64,000 nucleotides of DNA, from NCBI RefSeq assembly GCF_030028105.1, contig NC_092378.1, positions 127,523,731 to 127,587,730 of the forward strand, read 5' to 3'. The translations under genes were made by a program, and so were the position numbers. A model generated the notes under the pieces. That model made no database searches. It was not told the origin of the DNA and saw only the letters and a program-made list of their open reading frames with translations. The stretch's first letter is position 1; the number at the start of each line of letters is the position of its first letter. This document shows, piece after piece, positions 1 to 12,400 of this stretch. This stretch comes from Mobula birostris. Its lineage: Eukaryota.

Positions 1-105
1 CGTTTTACTACTTCAGTATTAATACCTAACGATTGAACCTTCCTAACTAACCTTCTGTGTGGAACCTTGTCAAGGCCTTATTGAAGTCCATATAGACAAC
101 ATCCC
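1..105 (-). mobile_element. CR1 LINE reverse-transcriptase fragment
   Basis: Minus strand reads DVVYMDFNKAFDKVPHRRLVRKV. Confidence 0.8.
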
Positions 106-428
106 CATTATTTCGAATAAAAAATGAGAAAACCCAGAAATACTCAGCAGGTCAGGCAGTATCTGTGGGAGTGAAGTAGAGCAAACATTCCCAATTCAGT
201 GATTGTAGCCTCCTTCTGGAACTTTCTGTATAATTTCTGCATTATCTCTGATGAGAATAACTTATTTAAACTTGACAACTTTTGTCTCATTATTTCACTA
301 GCAGTTGCTACATCCAAAGCAATAGAGCTCACTTATATGTAGTTTACTTTTGCAGTCAATAAAGAATTATTACAGTCAAAAATGGAAATATCAACTCTGA
401 AAAACTTTTCCCATCTGCATTGTTTCAG

Positions 429-489
429 GTTCTGGAATTCTATCGTCCGAACCTGAAGAAAATCCCCAATGGTGGAACGCAAACATTAT
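429..489 (+). CDS. notum2: notum2 coding exon (exon 4 by analogy to NOTUM), 61 bp
   Basis: tttcag|GT TCT GGA ATT CTA TCG TCC GAA CCT GAA GAA AAT CCC CAA TGG TGG AAC GCA AAC ATT AT|gtaag encodes (G)[19 protein letters not shown]. Confidence 0.93.
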
Positions 490-3400
490 GTAAGCTCCTT
501 TCTAATATTGATGCTTCAAGAAAATAGTTCTTATCAAGATGCATGAGGCAGCATATGTAGTAATCACTGAGATATAGTTTACCAGTGTTGGCACGTGGCC
601 AAGTGGTTAAGGCGTTCATCTAGTGATCTGAAGATCGCTAGTTCGAGCCTTGGCTGAGGCAGCATGTTGTGTCCTTGAGCAAGGCACTTAACCACACATT
701 GCTCTGCGACGGCACCCATGCCAAGCTGTATGGGTCCTAATGCCCTTCCCCTGGACAACATCGGTGGCGTGGAGAGGGGAGACTTGCAGCATGGGCAACT
801 GCCGGTCTTCCATACAAACTTGCCCAGGCCTGCGCTCTGGAAACCGTCCAAGGCGTAAATCCATGGTCTCATGAGACTAACGGATGCCTATATTTCACCA
901 ATTGCATGAAGAAAAAGGGGTATTTTTTCTATTTAATATCTTTATGAAAATATTTCCTTGTCTTTCCTATATTTAATCATGCTATCATTCATCTTAACAT
1001 TCCCCACCTCTGGCTATCTCTGCCACTCTCCTGGCATGCAGAATTCCCATATTGAAAGTGAATGGACAATGCATTTCTGTATTATTTAAGGCAACAGTCT
1101 GGAGTTCACATCAGCTAGACTCTGACCTGCTCTCCCCCATTCTCAGTATTCACTGTGTGTAGACTTAAGGAGTTTAGGCTCAGCTAAGCTGGAATTAGCA
1201 GCACAATGTTAAGGCACATTTCCACCCACCCCTGCCCCCTTCTTCCACACAACACTATTGGGAATAGAGGCAGAATAGCAGCATGAGTCTCTATACATTT
1301 GGTCTTGCCTATTCCTAGAAACCAGGAATACAGGAGAGATCCAGTACATCTGGCAGGAAAATTTCTGGCACAGGGGACTGCACAAAGAGAATGGGAATTA
1401 AAAGGAAAAGCAATAAAACATAATTAGTGTGTTACATAAACTGAATGAGGGATGCATGTATCTGAAAAATCTTGCTGCAAGTATAGTAACCTTTGTTCTT
1501 ACATTGAGCAAAGTACCACATATTAATAATAACAGTGAATTACTTTACCTTAATTATATATTGAACTCAAAAATTGAGAGGTATACATCAGGAAAATCAA
1601 AATATTAACCCTGGAAAACAGAACACAAATGGAAGTAATTGCAATTGTGAATAAAAACATTGCTCAGAATGAATAAATCTGTCAACTTGCAGATTTTTAG
1701 ACAACAGTATTTTCTTTGGAGTATCAGTTAAATTACTCTATCATAAACAAGAGATTCTGCAGATGCAGGGGAACACAAACAAAGTTCTGGAGGAATTTAT
1801 CAGGTCAGGCAGCATCTATGGAGAGGAATAAGCAGTTGACATTTCAGGCCAAGACCCTTCATCAGGACTGGAAAGGAAAGGGGAAGAAGACAGAATAAGA
1901 AGGGTGGGGGGGGGGAAGGGAAGTACAAGCTGGAAGACGAGAGGTGAAGCCAGGTGAGGGGGATGTTGGGTGGGTGGTGGAGGAGGGGATGAAGTAGGAA
2001 GCTGGGAGGTGATAGGTGGAAGAGGTTAAGGGATGAATAAGAAGGAACCTGACAGGAGAGTACCTTGAATCATAAGAGAAGGTGGAAGGGCACCACAGGG
2101 AGGTCATTGGCGGGTGAGGGGAAGGGAAGGGGTAAGAGCGGAGCTAAAATGAGGAATGGAAAGAAAAGAGAAGAGATAAAAGAGAACATGGAAGGGTGCT
2201 CTTCAGTTTTACATGTCCCAGTCTAACCACACCTTCCAATATTTGGTCTGCGGGCCCACAGTTCTCCAACTATGCATTCAAATAACGTTTAAATGTAATG
2301 AAGGTTTCAGTAAGATCCAGACTCAATAAACATGTGCCCTTTAATCCTTCCAGTAACCACTTTGAATCTATGTGCTCTGGTTTTTACTGTCTTGCTAAGA
2401 TAAATATTTGCTTCCTACTTACTCTGTCTGAGTCCATCACAATTTTATGCAACTCATTTATGTCCCCTCTATTCCAAACAAAACTTTTCAGCTTTTTCTG
2501 TGCTGTGTAGTCTTCCCTTTCCTGGAATATGATATGCAATATTCAAATCATATACATTAAAACCGGGGAATAAACTGTTTTATACAGTTCCAGTATGTCT
2601 TCTCTGGTCTTGCATTCTAAGCCTCAACTAACAGAGGTTAAGTAACTGCACGCCTTTTTAACAACCTTATGGATCTACACTGTTTTTAATGATCTGTCTA
2701 GACACTTACAGTCTGTCTGCACCCCCACTCAGTATCTGTCCATTTCTTCCATTTAGATAGATAGGTAGGTATACTTTATTGATCCCGAGGGAAACTGGGT
2801 TTCGTTACAGCTGCACCAATCAAGAATAGAGCATAAATATAGCAATACAAAAACCACAAACAATCAAACAACAATATGCAAACTATACCAGATAGAAATA
2901 AGTCCTGGACCAGCCTATTGGCTCAGGGTGTCTGACCCTCCAAGGGAGGAGCTGCAAAGTTCGATGGCCACAGGCAGGAACAACCTCCTGTGACGCCCAG
3001 TGTTGTATCTAGGTGGAATATGGCTGGAGTTGAACTGCACATGCATGTAACAAGAGCTGTATAACTCATCGCCTTCCACCTTGGGCCACGGACTTATCAA
3101 TCACTCCTGCTGTGGAGCACCTGGAGGTCCAAGATGGTCTCGTTACATGCACGTGCAGTTCAACTCTTTGAGTGATAATGCAGAAAGTTTGAAATTAATA
3201 ACTCATCTCCTTCTACCTCAGGCCACAAACTTATCAATCACCCTTTCTGTGGACCACTTCAACAAAGAAAGGATCCGTACGCTCCACGACCGCCGGACTA
3301 AGTGTGTACATGTAGGAGGGGACTATGTTGAAAGTATCCACTGCCCCTCAAATGTGGAATAAGAAATTAGCTGCTGGAAGAAGAAGTTGTGACACCCTGT

Positions 3401-6400
3401 ACCTGTAACTTTCTCCTTAATAAACTTAGGTGCACTCATGCAATTTTGTATTCATTTCTATCTGAACTCCATCTCATCAACATGTGCTGATGCCTCAGTT
3501 GCCAAGGCTGTAATCTCTATAATTCCCTCACTAGAACCCTCTTCCTTCACTCTCTTTATCCTTTAAGATTCTCCTCAAAATCTACATCTATGCTAATTGA
3601 TTTTACCTTTCTGTCCTGGGTTTTAGTGTCAGATTATATTTGGTGGCACCCTCTAGTGCGATGTGATTATTTAGCTACTATATAAATGCAAGTTTTTGCA
3701 AATCTGATTTGTTTGCCTTCTGTGAAATTTGAAATTGATCCTAACATTAGCTAATAAACGTTCAGGAATGCTATAGATGGTTCCCTATTGGTGATTGAAG
3801 TTCAAGGTAAATTTATTATCAAAGTACATATATGTCACCATATACAACCCTGAGATACATTTTCTTGCAAGTATACTCAATAAGTCCATAATAGAATAAT
3901 AAGCATAACAGAATTAATAAAGGACTGTACCAATTTAGACATTCAACCAGTGAGCAAAAGACAACAAACCCTGGAAATACAGAAAAGAAAGAAATAATAA
4001 TAAATAAATAAGCAATAAATATCGAGAACATCTTGTGCGTGTACACATTTTGTATTTGTCATGGAAAGTATGATTCTAAATTACATTTGCTAAATTGTTC
4101 ACTTATTTGTATGTTTTAAAAATAGCTTTGTGCCTTATTGTTCAAGCGATGTATGGAGTGGTACTGCACCAAAATCCGGCCAAGGTAAATCTCTATGTCC
4201 ATCTGCTACACATTGTAAAGGAAGACAAATACAAATAATGTGCGTTAACTTGAGTATTTTCCTTCCAGATGACTATGCATTTATGGGTGCCTTGATTCTC
4301 AGGGAAGTGATTAAAGACTTGGTCCCCAAGGGTATTAAGTTGGCAAAGATAGTCATGCTTGCTGGAACAAGGCAAGTAGAATAAATTTATTTTTTTATAA
4401 ACCATTTTTAAAAATGTGAATTAAAGGAGATTAATTCATCTTCCTTCCTGCAGGTGGTGTTGTTTATTTAGCTTCAGCCAAATCAGAATCAGGTTTACCA
4501 CTGGCATACGTTGTGAAATTTGTTGTTTTGCGGCAGCAGTACCGAAGATGTACTATAAATTATAATAAGAATTAAGTTGAAAATAAATATGCAGTGCAAG
4601 AAGAGATCAAAAAATAGTGAGACAGCGTTCAGAGTTCATTGTCCATTCAGAAATCTGATGGTGGGGGAAGGAAGAAGCTGTCCTAAAGCAATGAGTGTGT
4701 GTCTTCAGGCTCCTGAACCTCCTGCCTGATGGTAGTAATGAGAAGGGGGCATGCCCTGTGTGGTGAGGGTCCTCAATGATGGACACCACCTTTTTAGAGG
4801 CAGTTCCTTTTGAAGATGTCCTCAGTTGTGGGAAAGCTAGTGTCCACTGCAGCTTTTACCAACCCTGTATTCCAGATGGTGGTGCCAACAGCTAGAATGC
4901 TCTCAGGAAATTTTTTAACAAATTGATTTTCACCACTGCTCTTGAATTACATGAAGTGGAAGGTTCAATTAATGTGTTAAAGAGCTTTATTTATATATTT
5001 TAATTTTATTTATACTGGTTGCCAGTCCTGGGTTCTCAGTGTCCCAACCATCTGCTCAACCTCGACTGGCAAGAGGCTAAGTTTGTTCATGTGGTTTACA
5101 GGGTTCATTTTGCTTTTGTAATTCTCACTGGGGGCGTACTCCAGCTGATACGTTGTTTCATAAAGTGAGGAGAAAGGGAAGTATTATTGGAAGGAGACAT
5201 CATCCCACAGTCTGCAGATACTCTGCTGTGGCCAACACAGTGGAGCATGCTGGGGCCAACAGCAGCTCTCTAAGACAGATCTTGCCTTTTAATGCAATCA
5301 AAAACCAGGAGAGTTTCAAATTTGATATCTAAATCTAGCACTTTTTAGTTTATTGATCAAATCTTTTAATTTCATTAAAGTTAGACATACAGTATAAGTT
5401 TACTTTAATTTTCCTTTTTAGTTCTGATATAATCTTTAACATTGTTCTAAGATCATCGACTCAAAACCTATGGGTAGGAAATGAGTGTGTTTCTTTGTGG
5501 CTAGGAGACTTGTAATCCCAGCGAGATGGAAAATCTGCCAAAAATATTTCACTTGCATTTTTTTCACTCTGTGTCCCAGTCATTAGTCAGCCAGATGGGA
5601 GACCAGCCATTTGCTGGGTTGAAAGACTGCACTACAAGGTAGCAGCTAGGAACAGCTGTGAATAGTTCACAGCATCGAAGAAGGAACTATATTGAGATGG
5701 TAGGGAGTGATAGGCATATAGTGGGTGGGGAGGGGTGGTTGATTGATTATGGCCGTGAGACACAAGAGAGCAGGATTGGTTGATTACAAAAGTAGAAAGT
5801 TCTTGGGCAGTATGTGAATGTACCCAGCAGAACGTTTAACTGAAGCATTGAGAAGGAACACTGTGGAGGGGTCTAACCCAAGGGATTTAATAGGTCCTAG
5901 CTCACTGTACTTACTGAGTTTTTGATCCAGGGAAGAACAGACCTGCTGAAACAAACATCCCAAACACATCGTGGTCAAATCTTTAGTAGACACACACACT
6001 TATGGTGACCTCAGTGTAGAATTTTAACATATTTAGCAACTTAAATCCACCTGACTGTTTATTCCTACTGTGGGAAATTGAAAAGGTCTATTGGTGCTCT
6101 TATTATGAACCTAAAAATGCTTTGAAAGATCTTTGTAAGAAGATTCCAATTTTAATCTCTGTGATAATCAGTGATGGCCCCATTAGTAAGCATAATCAAT
6201 TTGGAATCTTTTCGTTGTGGTGCACTAAATATAAAAAAGCAGTGTTTCATTATAATGGCCAAGTGATGTAAAGCAATATATATATGTGTATGTTAAGTGA
6301 TTATACTGCAACAATTTTCTAATATTTACAATACTCTGCTATATTTCTCTTTCTGAGCCATTTAGAGAAAAGCCAACTCTCCTGAGAAACCTCTGTCAAT

Positions 6401-9400
6401 GCTGCTTTATAATGGTTCAGTGCAAATGAGCCATGCAAGAGTGACTAGGTTCTGATTTCCCTTCCCACCCTGAAAGCAATCTTTATCTTTGCTACACCCC
6501 AGGTCAGTACTGTTGAATCAGAAGCACATCATGTAGAAATTCAAATCAGGCTGTGTCCTACCACTTTGCAGTCCAGTGGTTGGAATTCTAATGTGTCGCC
6601 ACGTCCTTAGATAACTGAGATAAAAGGATTTTGTTCCAGCATGCTGTGCTACCTAATCCCTTTCATACCTCATTTCAGCCTAGTTACAAAGTTCCATGCA
6701 GTGATCTGAAAAATGTTGCAAGGAATATATAATGAAAAATACATCACATTCATAGGCACATTAATTGTTAGAGACTATTGCACATTTCAGATATTCTCAG
6801 TGCAACTCTTCAGTCACTAAATAGTGCAATCCAGGGACTTGTGCATTGCCCCATATTTAATTTTATACAGAATTACAATAATTTTTGGGTCTGGACTTTG
6901 GGGAAATAAATTAACTTTGGTTGCGTACAAAGCAGACCATAGAAAGTCAATTGTCTGTTATAAGGATAATGAAAAGTCAAATCGAGTCAAGTTTATCGTC
7001 ATTTAATTATATATCATCAAATGAGCAACATTTCTCTGAATCAGGGTGTAAAGCACAGTAGTATACATAACACACAATAATTTAGGGAAGTAAGGATAAA
7101 ATCTACAGATGGATTATGCATAAATAAACAAAACAGAGTGAATAAATTAAATATTGTCAGGTACAGAAGAAATTAGCTGTGAAAATTGCTAGGCTGACTA
7201 ACTCATTCCAAGCACAACTGAAGTTAAATTCTTGTTCTCTGTTCTGCATGTTCTTTGTATGTTCCCCTTGAACAACTCTTCCAATTGTTTTGATTACTAT
7301 CTTAATAAGATTTAGTGAGCAATTTTAACAGAAAAAATACTTGCATAAATAAAGATCTCGACCTGACAACTGAAAATTACGTTAGCAGGGATGAATCCAT
7401 TACAAGAGATATAAAATACTCTTTAAGATCTGCCTGCTGTAAACTATGTCATCTCATTACAGTGCTGGTGGAACTGGAGTGTTGCTGAACATCGAGCGGA
7501 TTGCTAATCTTCTAGCCCAACTGGGTGCTGATGTTCAGGTCCGGGGCTTGGTAGACTCTGGTTGGTTCCTGGACAATAAACAACCACGACAGAACGAATG
7601 CACAGACGTAACCTCCTGTAGTCCAAATTACATAATTAAAAAGGGGCTCAGGTAAACCAACAAAATGCAACAATATTAATTGCCTTTCAAGATTCATTGT
7701 TATTATTAGTTGATTCTGGCACTGGGATAGAGAGATTAATTGTTAATCATATTGCAAGAGTGTGTTATTTAAATGTTATAATAAAGCATACACAAATAAT
7801 AATAATAATATTTCATAATAATATTTCCTGGAAGTTCACAACTAATCAAATGTGGTCCATGAAATGCATTCTGGCACAAAAAAGGAGAACTATGAATTCA
7901 AGTCCAGTTCAGTGCATTAAGGGAAGACAGCTGAAGATCAAGGTGCCACCAAAATTCCATCTCATAGATGAGGCATTTTTATATGCCCGGGGGAAGGCAT
8001 ACCCCTTGCAAAGATCCAAGCTCCTTGTTGGCTCCTCCTATTCATTCCTCTCCCACTGCCACAGACGGGCCCAATGAGAATGAAAGAGACTCAGAAGTGG
8101 AGAAATAGCAAAAAGCAAGAAGAAAGGGTGCAAGCAAAAAAGAACGAGAGAAGTGAACAGATAATTAAGTATATGAAAAAAATCTGCCCCAGCAGAAAGA
8201 GAAAACAGTGTTTGGATGTTGATATATCCAATTACAAGTGTTCATAAACATCCCAAATGCAATGTTATTCACACAAATACAATAGGATGGCTCCATTCTA
8301 AACTTTTAAAGGCCAGGAAATTAGTTTATGCCTATGCCCAAGGTTGTAATGTGGAATGGTCCTACCTGTCATAGAGGCCCATAGCAGAAACAGTCTCTAA
8401 TCCCCTCCTAGTTGTAAAGAAGGGCCTCTTCAGATTTCTCATCAAAATTGATGGAGGAGTTTATGCAGTAGGATATGGTGCCTAAGGAAATTTGTCCCCT
8501 TAAACAAATTGGCACTGCAAATAGACTGGTAAGTTTTATTTTGCTTACTTATCTTATGGACTGTGAGGAACTGGAGTACTTCCTCAAGGTCAATATTAAA
8601 TTCAGAATTCTGTTAGATACTGTCTACACACCTTCAAATACTCTCCAAACTCACTTTATGATATTGGTTGCACAACTTGAGCGATCTTGGTGACCGGGGA
8701 ATGGCTTCTGGAACTATGAGTAATGCTTTTAGCTTGTTGGTATTAAACACATGGGCCGAACAGAACAACTACCAGGTTCTGATATTTGCCCCCTTTAGTG
8801 CCACACACAGATCGGACACTGATTCCGGTGCAAGCCAAAGTTTAAGCCAGGCTGTTCATCTGAATTTTCCCAGAGTGCAAGAATGGTTCAAATGATGCTA
8901 TAAAAGCAGCTTGGTGGTGATTTCAGTGACATTGCTTGCAAAGGATTTTCCTGAAAACAACAAGCTTACATATACATTCATATTCAAGCAGCCACATTAC
9001 TATTGCATACTATCTATGGGAAATACACGATGCACGTTTTAAGGCCAGATTGGATCTAACTTCTGTTTTATACCCACAGTGGTACCTTTAAGCTAAAGCT
9101 GTGTTTATGTTGAAAGACTGCACGCCAATCCTTGATCTTTAAGGTGTAGATCCTCCCTCCTCTAGGGAGCAGTATTTTTTCCCCCAAGGTTGTTGAATTT
9201 GTTTGGATACTTATACCGCAACCTATTGAAATGGGCCTGTACCACACCTTTACCATTATTATAGTGAAGGAGAACTAGAAACTCTATGGGCAATATCACG
9301 CAATTATTTTTATGCTTTATTGGTCCTGAGATTTCAACTTCAGAAATGTTGAAAGATTCTAATTTAATGTCCAAAATTTATAAGCCAAATTTATAAGCTA

Positions 9401-12400
9401 AATTATGGTTGGTTGTGATGAGGGAAGTATTATTTTAATGAGGTTAAAATTTGTTAAATTGAAGTTTAAATAAAAAGCATAGCATACCATGTTGCATCAA
9501 TCTGAAGTATCAAATTCTTAAGCAAATTTACAAAGAACTAATAAGAGATTTCTTTGCAGATTGTGGAATAGTGTTATTCCTGAAAGATGCAGACAACAAT
9601 TCAGACGAGAAGAATGGCAGTGTTTCTTTGGCCACAGGATATATTCATCCTTAAGATGTAAATAGAACTTTGAACAGAATATATTTATGAATTCCCCAAT
9701 GGTTAAAGGTGCCACTATAACTTGTGGAGTTTCTTTTCAGCCCCCGTGTTTGTGGTACAATGGCTATTTGACGAGGAACAGCTAAAAATGGAGAACATTC
9801 AATTGGGTAGCCAGTCGCTTACAGAAAATCAATGGAACTACATCCAGAATTTGGGGAGAGACCTCAGAAATTCTCTGCGAAATGTATCGTAAGTGAATTA
9901 TGATTCCAGAATGCTGCCTCAGAAATCACAATGGTATAAATGGTACAGATAACGTCTTAATCTCTTTCACCTAATTAAGTCAAGTTTCTTTTCATGAGCT
10001 ACTATTTAAACTTCTACTCTCCTCTACAGTACAATATTTACGTCCTAAATGGGAATTGTGCTCAGTGGAGAGCTTTAAGGCCTTCTTGATAGGGACTAGA
10101 AGTGTATAGAGGCTGGACGTCAATTCCCTGGCCCCGATCACTTCATTTTCACCATGGATGTCCAGTCCTTATACACTGCTATCCCCCATCATGAAGGCCT
10201 TAAAGCTCCAATTTTTTTCTCAACAGCAGACTCGACTAGTTCCCCTCAATCACCACCCTTCTCCATCTAGCAAAACTGGTCCTCACCTTCAACAATTTCT
10301 CTTTCAGCACCTCCCTCTTTCTCCAAACTCAAGGTGTAGCTATGAGCACCCACATGGGCCACAGCAATGCCTGCCTTTTCATTGGCTACGTGGAACAGTC
10401 CATGTTCTAAGCCTTCCCTGGTAATGCTCCCCAACTCCTTCTGTGCTATATTGATGATTGCATTGGTGCTGTTTCATGCACCCATGCTGAGCTTGTCAAT
10501 TTCATCAACTTTCCCTCCAACTTCAACACTGCCCTTAAATTTACTTGGTTCACTTCTGACACCTCTTCCCCTTTCTCAATCTCCCTATCTCCCTCTTTGG
10601 AAATAAATTGTCTACCGATATATTTTATAAACTTATTGATTCCCATGGCTATCTTGACTGTACCATCCCTATCCCATCCTGTCTCCTGTAAAAATGCTAT
10701 TCCCTTTTCTCAGTTCCTTCATCTATGCTTTATCTGTTCCCAGGATGAGGCTTTCCTTTCCAGGAATCAGAGGTGTCCCCCTTCTTCAAAGAATGGTGTT
10801 TCCCTTCCTCCATCAATGATGTTGCTCTCACCCGCATCTCGTCCATTTCCCAGACATCTACACTCACACCATCTTCCCAACCCCTTACCAGGATAGAGTT
10901 CCTTTTGTCCTCGCCTACCACCCCATGAGCCTCTGCACCAAATACATCATTCTCCTTAACATCTGCTATGTTCAACAGCACCATAACACTAAACACATCA
11001 TTATCCCCCTCCCCACTCCCATTCTCTGCTTTCCGTAGGAATCGCTCTCTCCGTGATGTCCTTGTCCATTCGTCCCTCCCCACTAATCTCCCTCTCGGCC
11101 CTTATCCCTGCAAGCAGCAGCAGTGCTATACCTGCTCATTCATCTCCTCCCTCATTTCCATTCAGGGACAACACTTCACCTGCAAAACTTCTGGAATCAT
11201 CTACTTGGTGCTCCAGATGCAGCCTCCAACCCATAGCTGAGACCCAAAGCAGATTGGGAGATCGCTTTGTCGAGCATCTCCACTCCATCTGCAAGAAGCA
11301 AAATTTCCTGGTGGCCAACCATTTTAATTCCTACGTCCATTCCCATCCTGATATGTCATTCCATAGCCAAGATGAGCGACTCTCAGGTTGGAAAAGCAAC
11401 TCCTCATATTCAGTCTAGGTAGCTTCCAACCTGATGAGATGAACATCGATTTCTGTAACTTTTTGTACTTTCTCCCTTTCTCCCTTACATTTCTTCCATT
11501 CCCCATTCTGGCTTCCCTCTTATCTTTTCTCTTTTCCTCACCTGCCAGTCACCTCCTCCAGTGTCCTCCTCCTTCGCTTTCTCCCAATATCCACTCTCCT
11601 CTCCAATAGGATTCCTTCTTCTCCAGCCTTTTGCCTTTTCCACCTATCACCTCCCAATTTCTTACTTCACCCCTCCTCCATCACCCACCTGGCTTTATCT
11701 GTCACCTTCCAGCTTGTCCTCCTTCCCCTCCACCAACCCTCTTATTCTGGCATCTTTCCCCTTCTCTTCCATGCCTGATGAAGGCTCTCAGCCTGAAATA
11801 TCAACTGTTTATTCATTTTCATAGATGCTGCCTGACCTGCTGAATTCCTTTAGCATTTTGTGTGTGTTGCTCTGTATTTCCAGCATCTGCAGAATCTCTT
11901 GTGCTTAGACAACCTTATGATTTTAACAGCATTGGACTAACTGTTGAGCATTGATAGAAACAGCTTTATAGAAGTTCCTTGTGCAGTATTCCTTCATTTT
12001 GGAACATTAATATTGCTAAATTTAACTTGAAGCAATGGCCTTAATTTTTTTGATAGTCTATTATTCAGAAGGATGGAATTCAGTTCTATGCAGACATGAA
12101 CTCAATGATCCCTAGAATATGTAAAAACATTTATATAGCACCACATGCTGGGTGACTGATGGTTCAATCAGCGCACTGAAAACCTAAACAGGCATGAATG
12201 CAGATGACACGTTGTGACAATTCTTGTGGTGAGAATATCCAGGTACCACTAAAGGCATTTCTCTGGAAATGTGCAACCAAAATCCTCTTTGAGAAAGTAT
12301 TGTGGAAATAAGTAATAGGTATTCAAATCTCTAAAAAGTAAAATCTAAAGTATTGGAGTAAAAGCTAGAAAATGATTCAACTGCTTGAAATAATGGCAAC

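Noticed and set aside
596-660. tRNA genes at A/B-box motifs (also about 25080, 38110, 47880, 51800 and 58615)
   Set aside because: There is no complete cloverleaf or Pol III terminator; each continues into a SINE core and tail
4130-4384. Single 84-aa exon as given by the ORF track
   Set aside because: It includes an 84-nt GT-AG intron with no Notum similarity and runs past the GC donor
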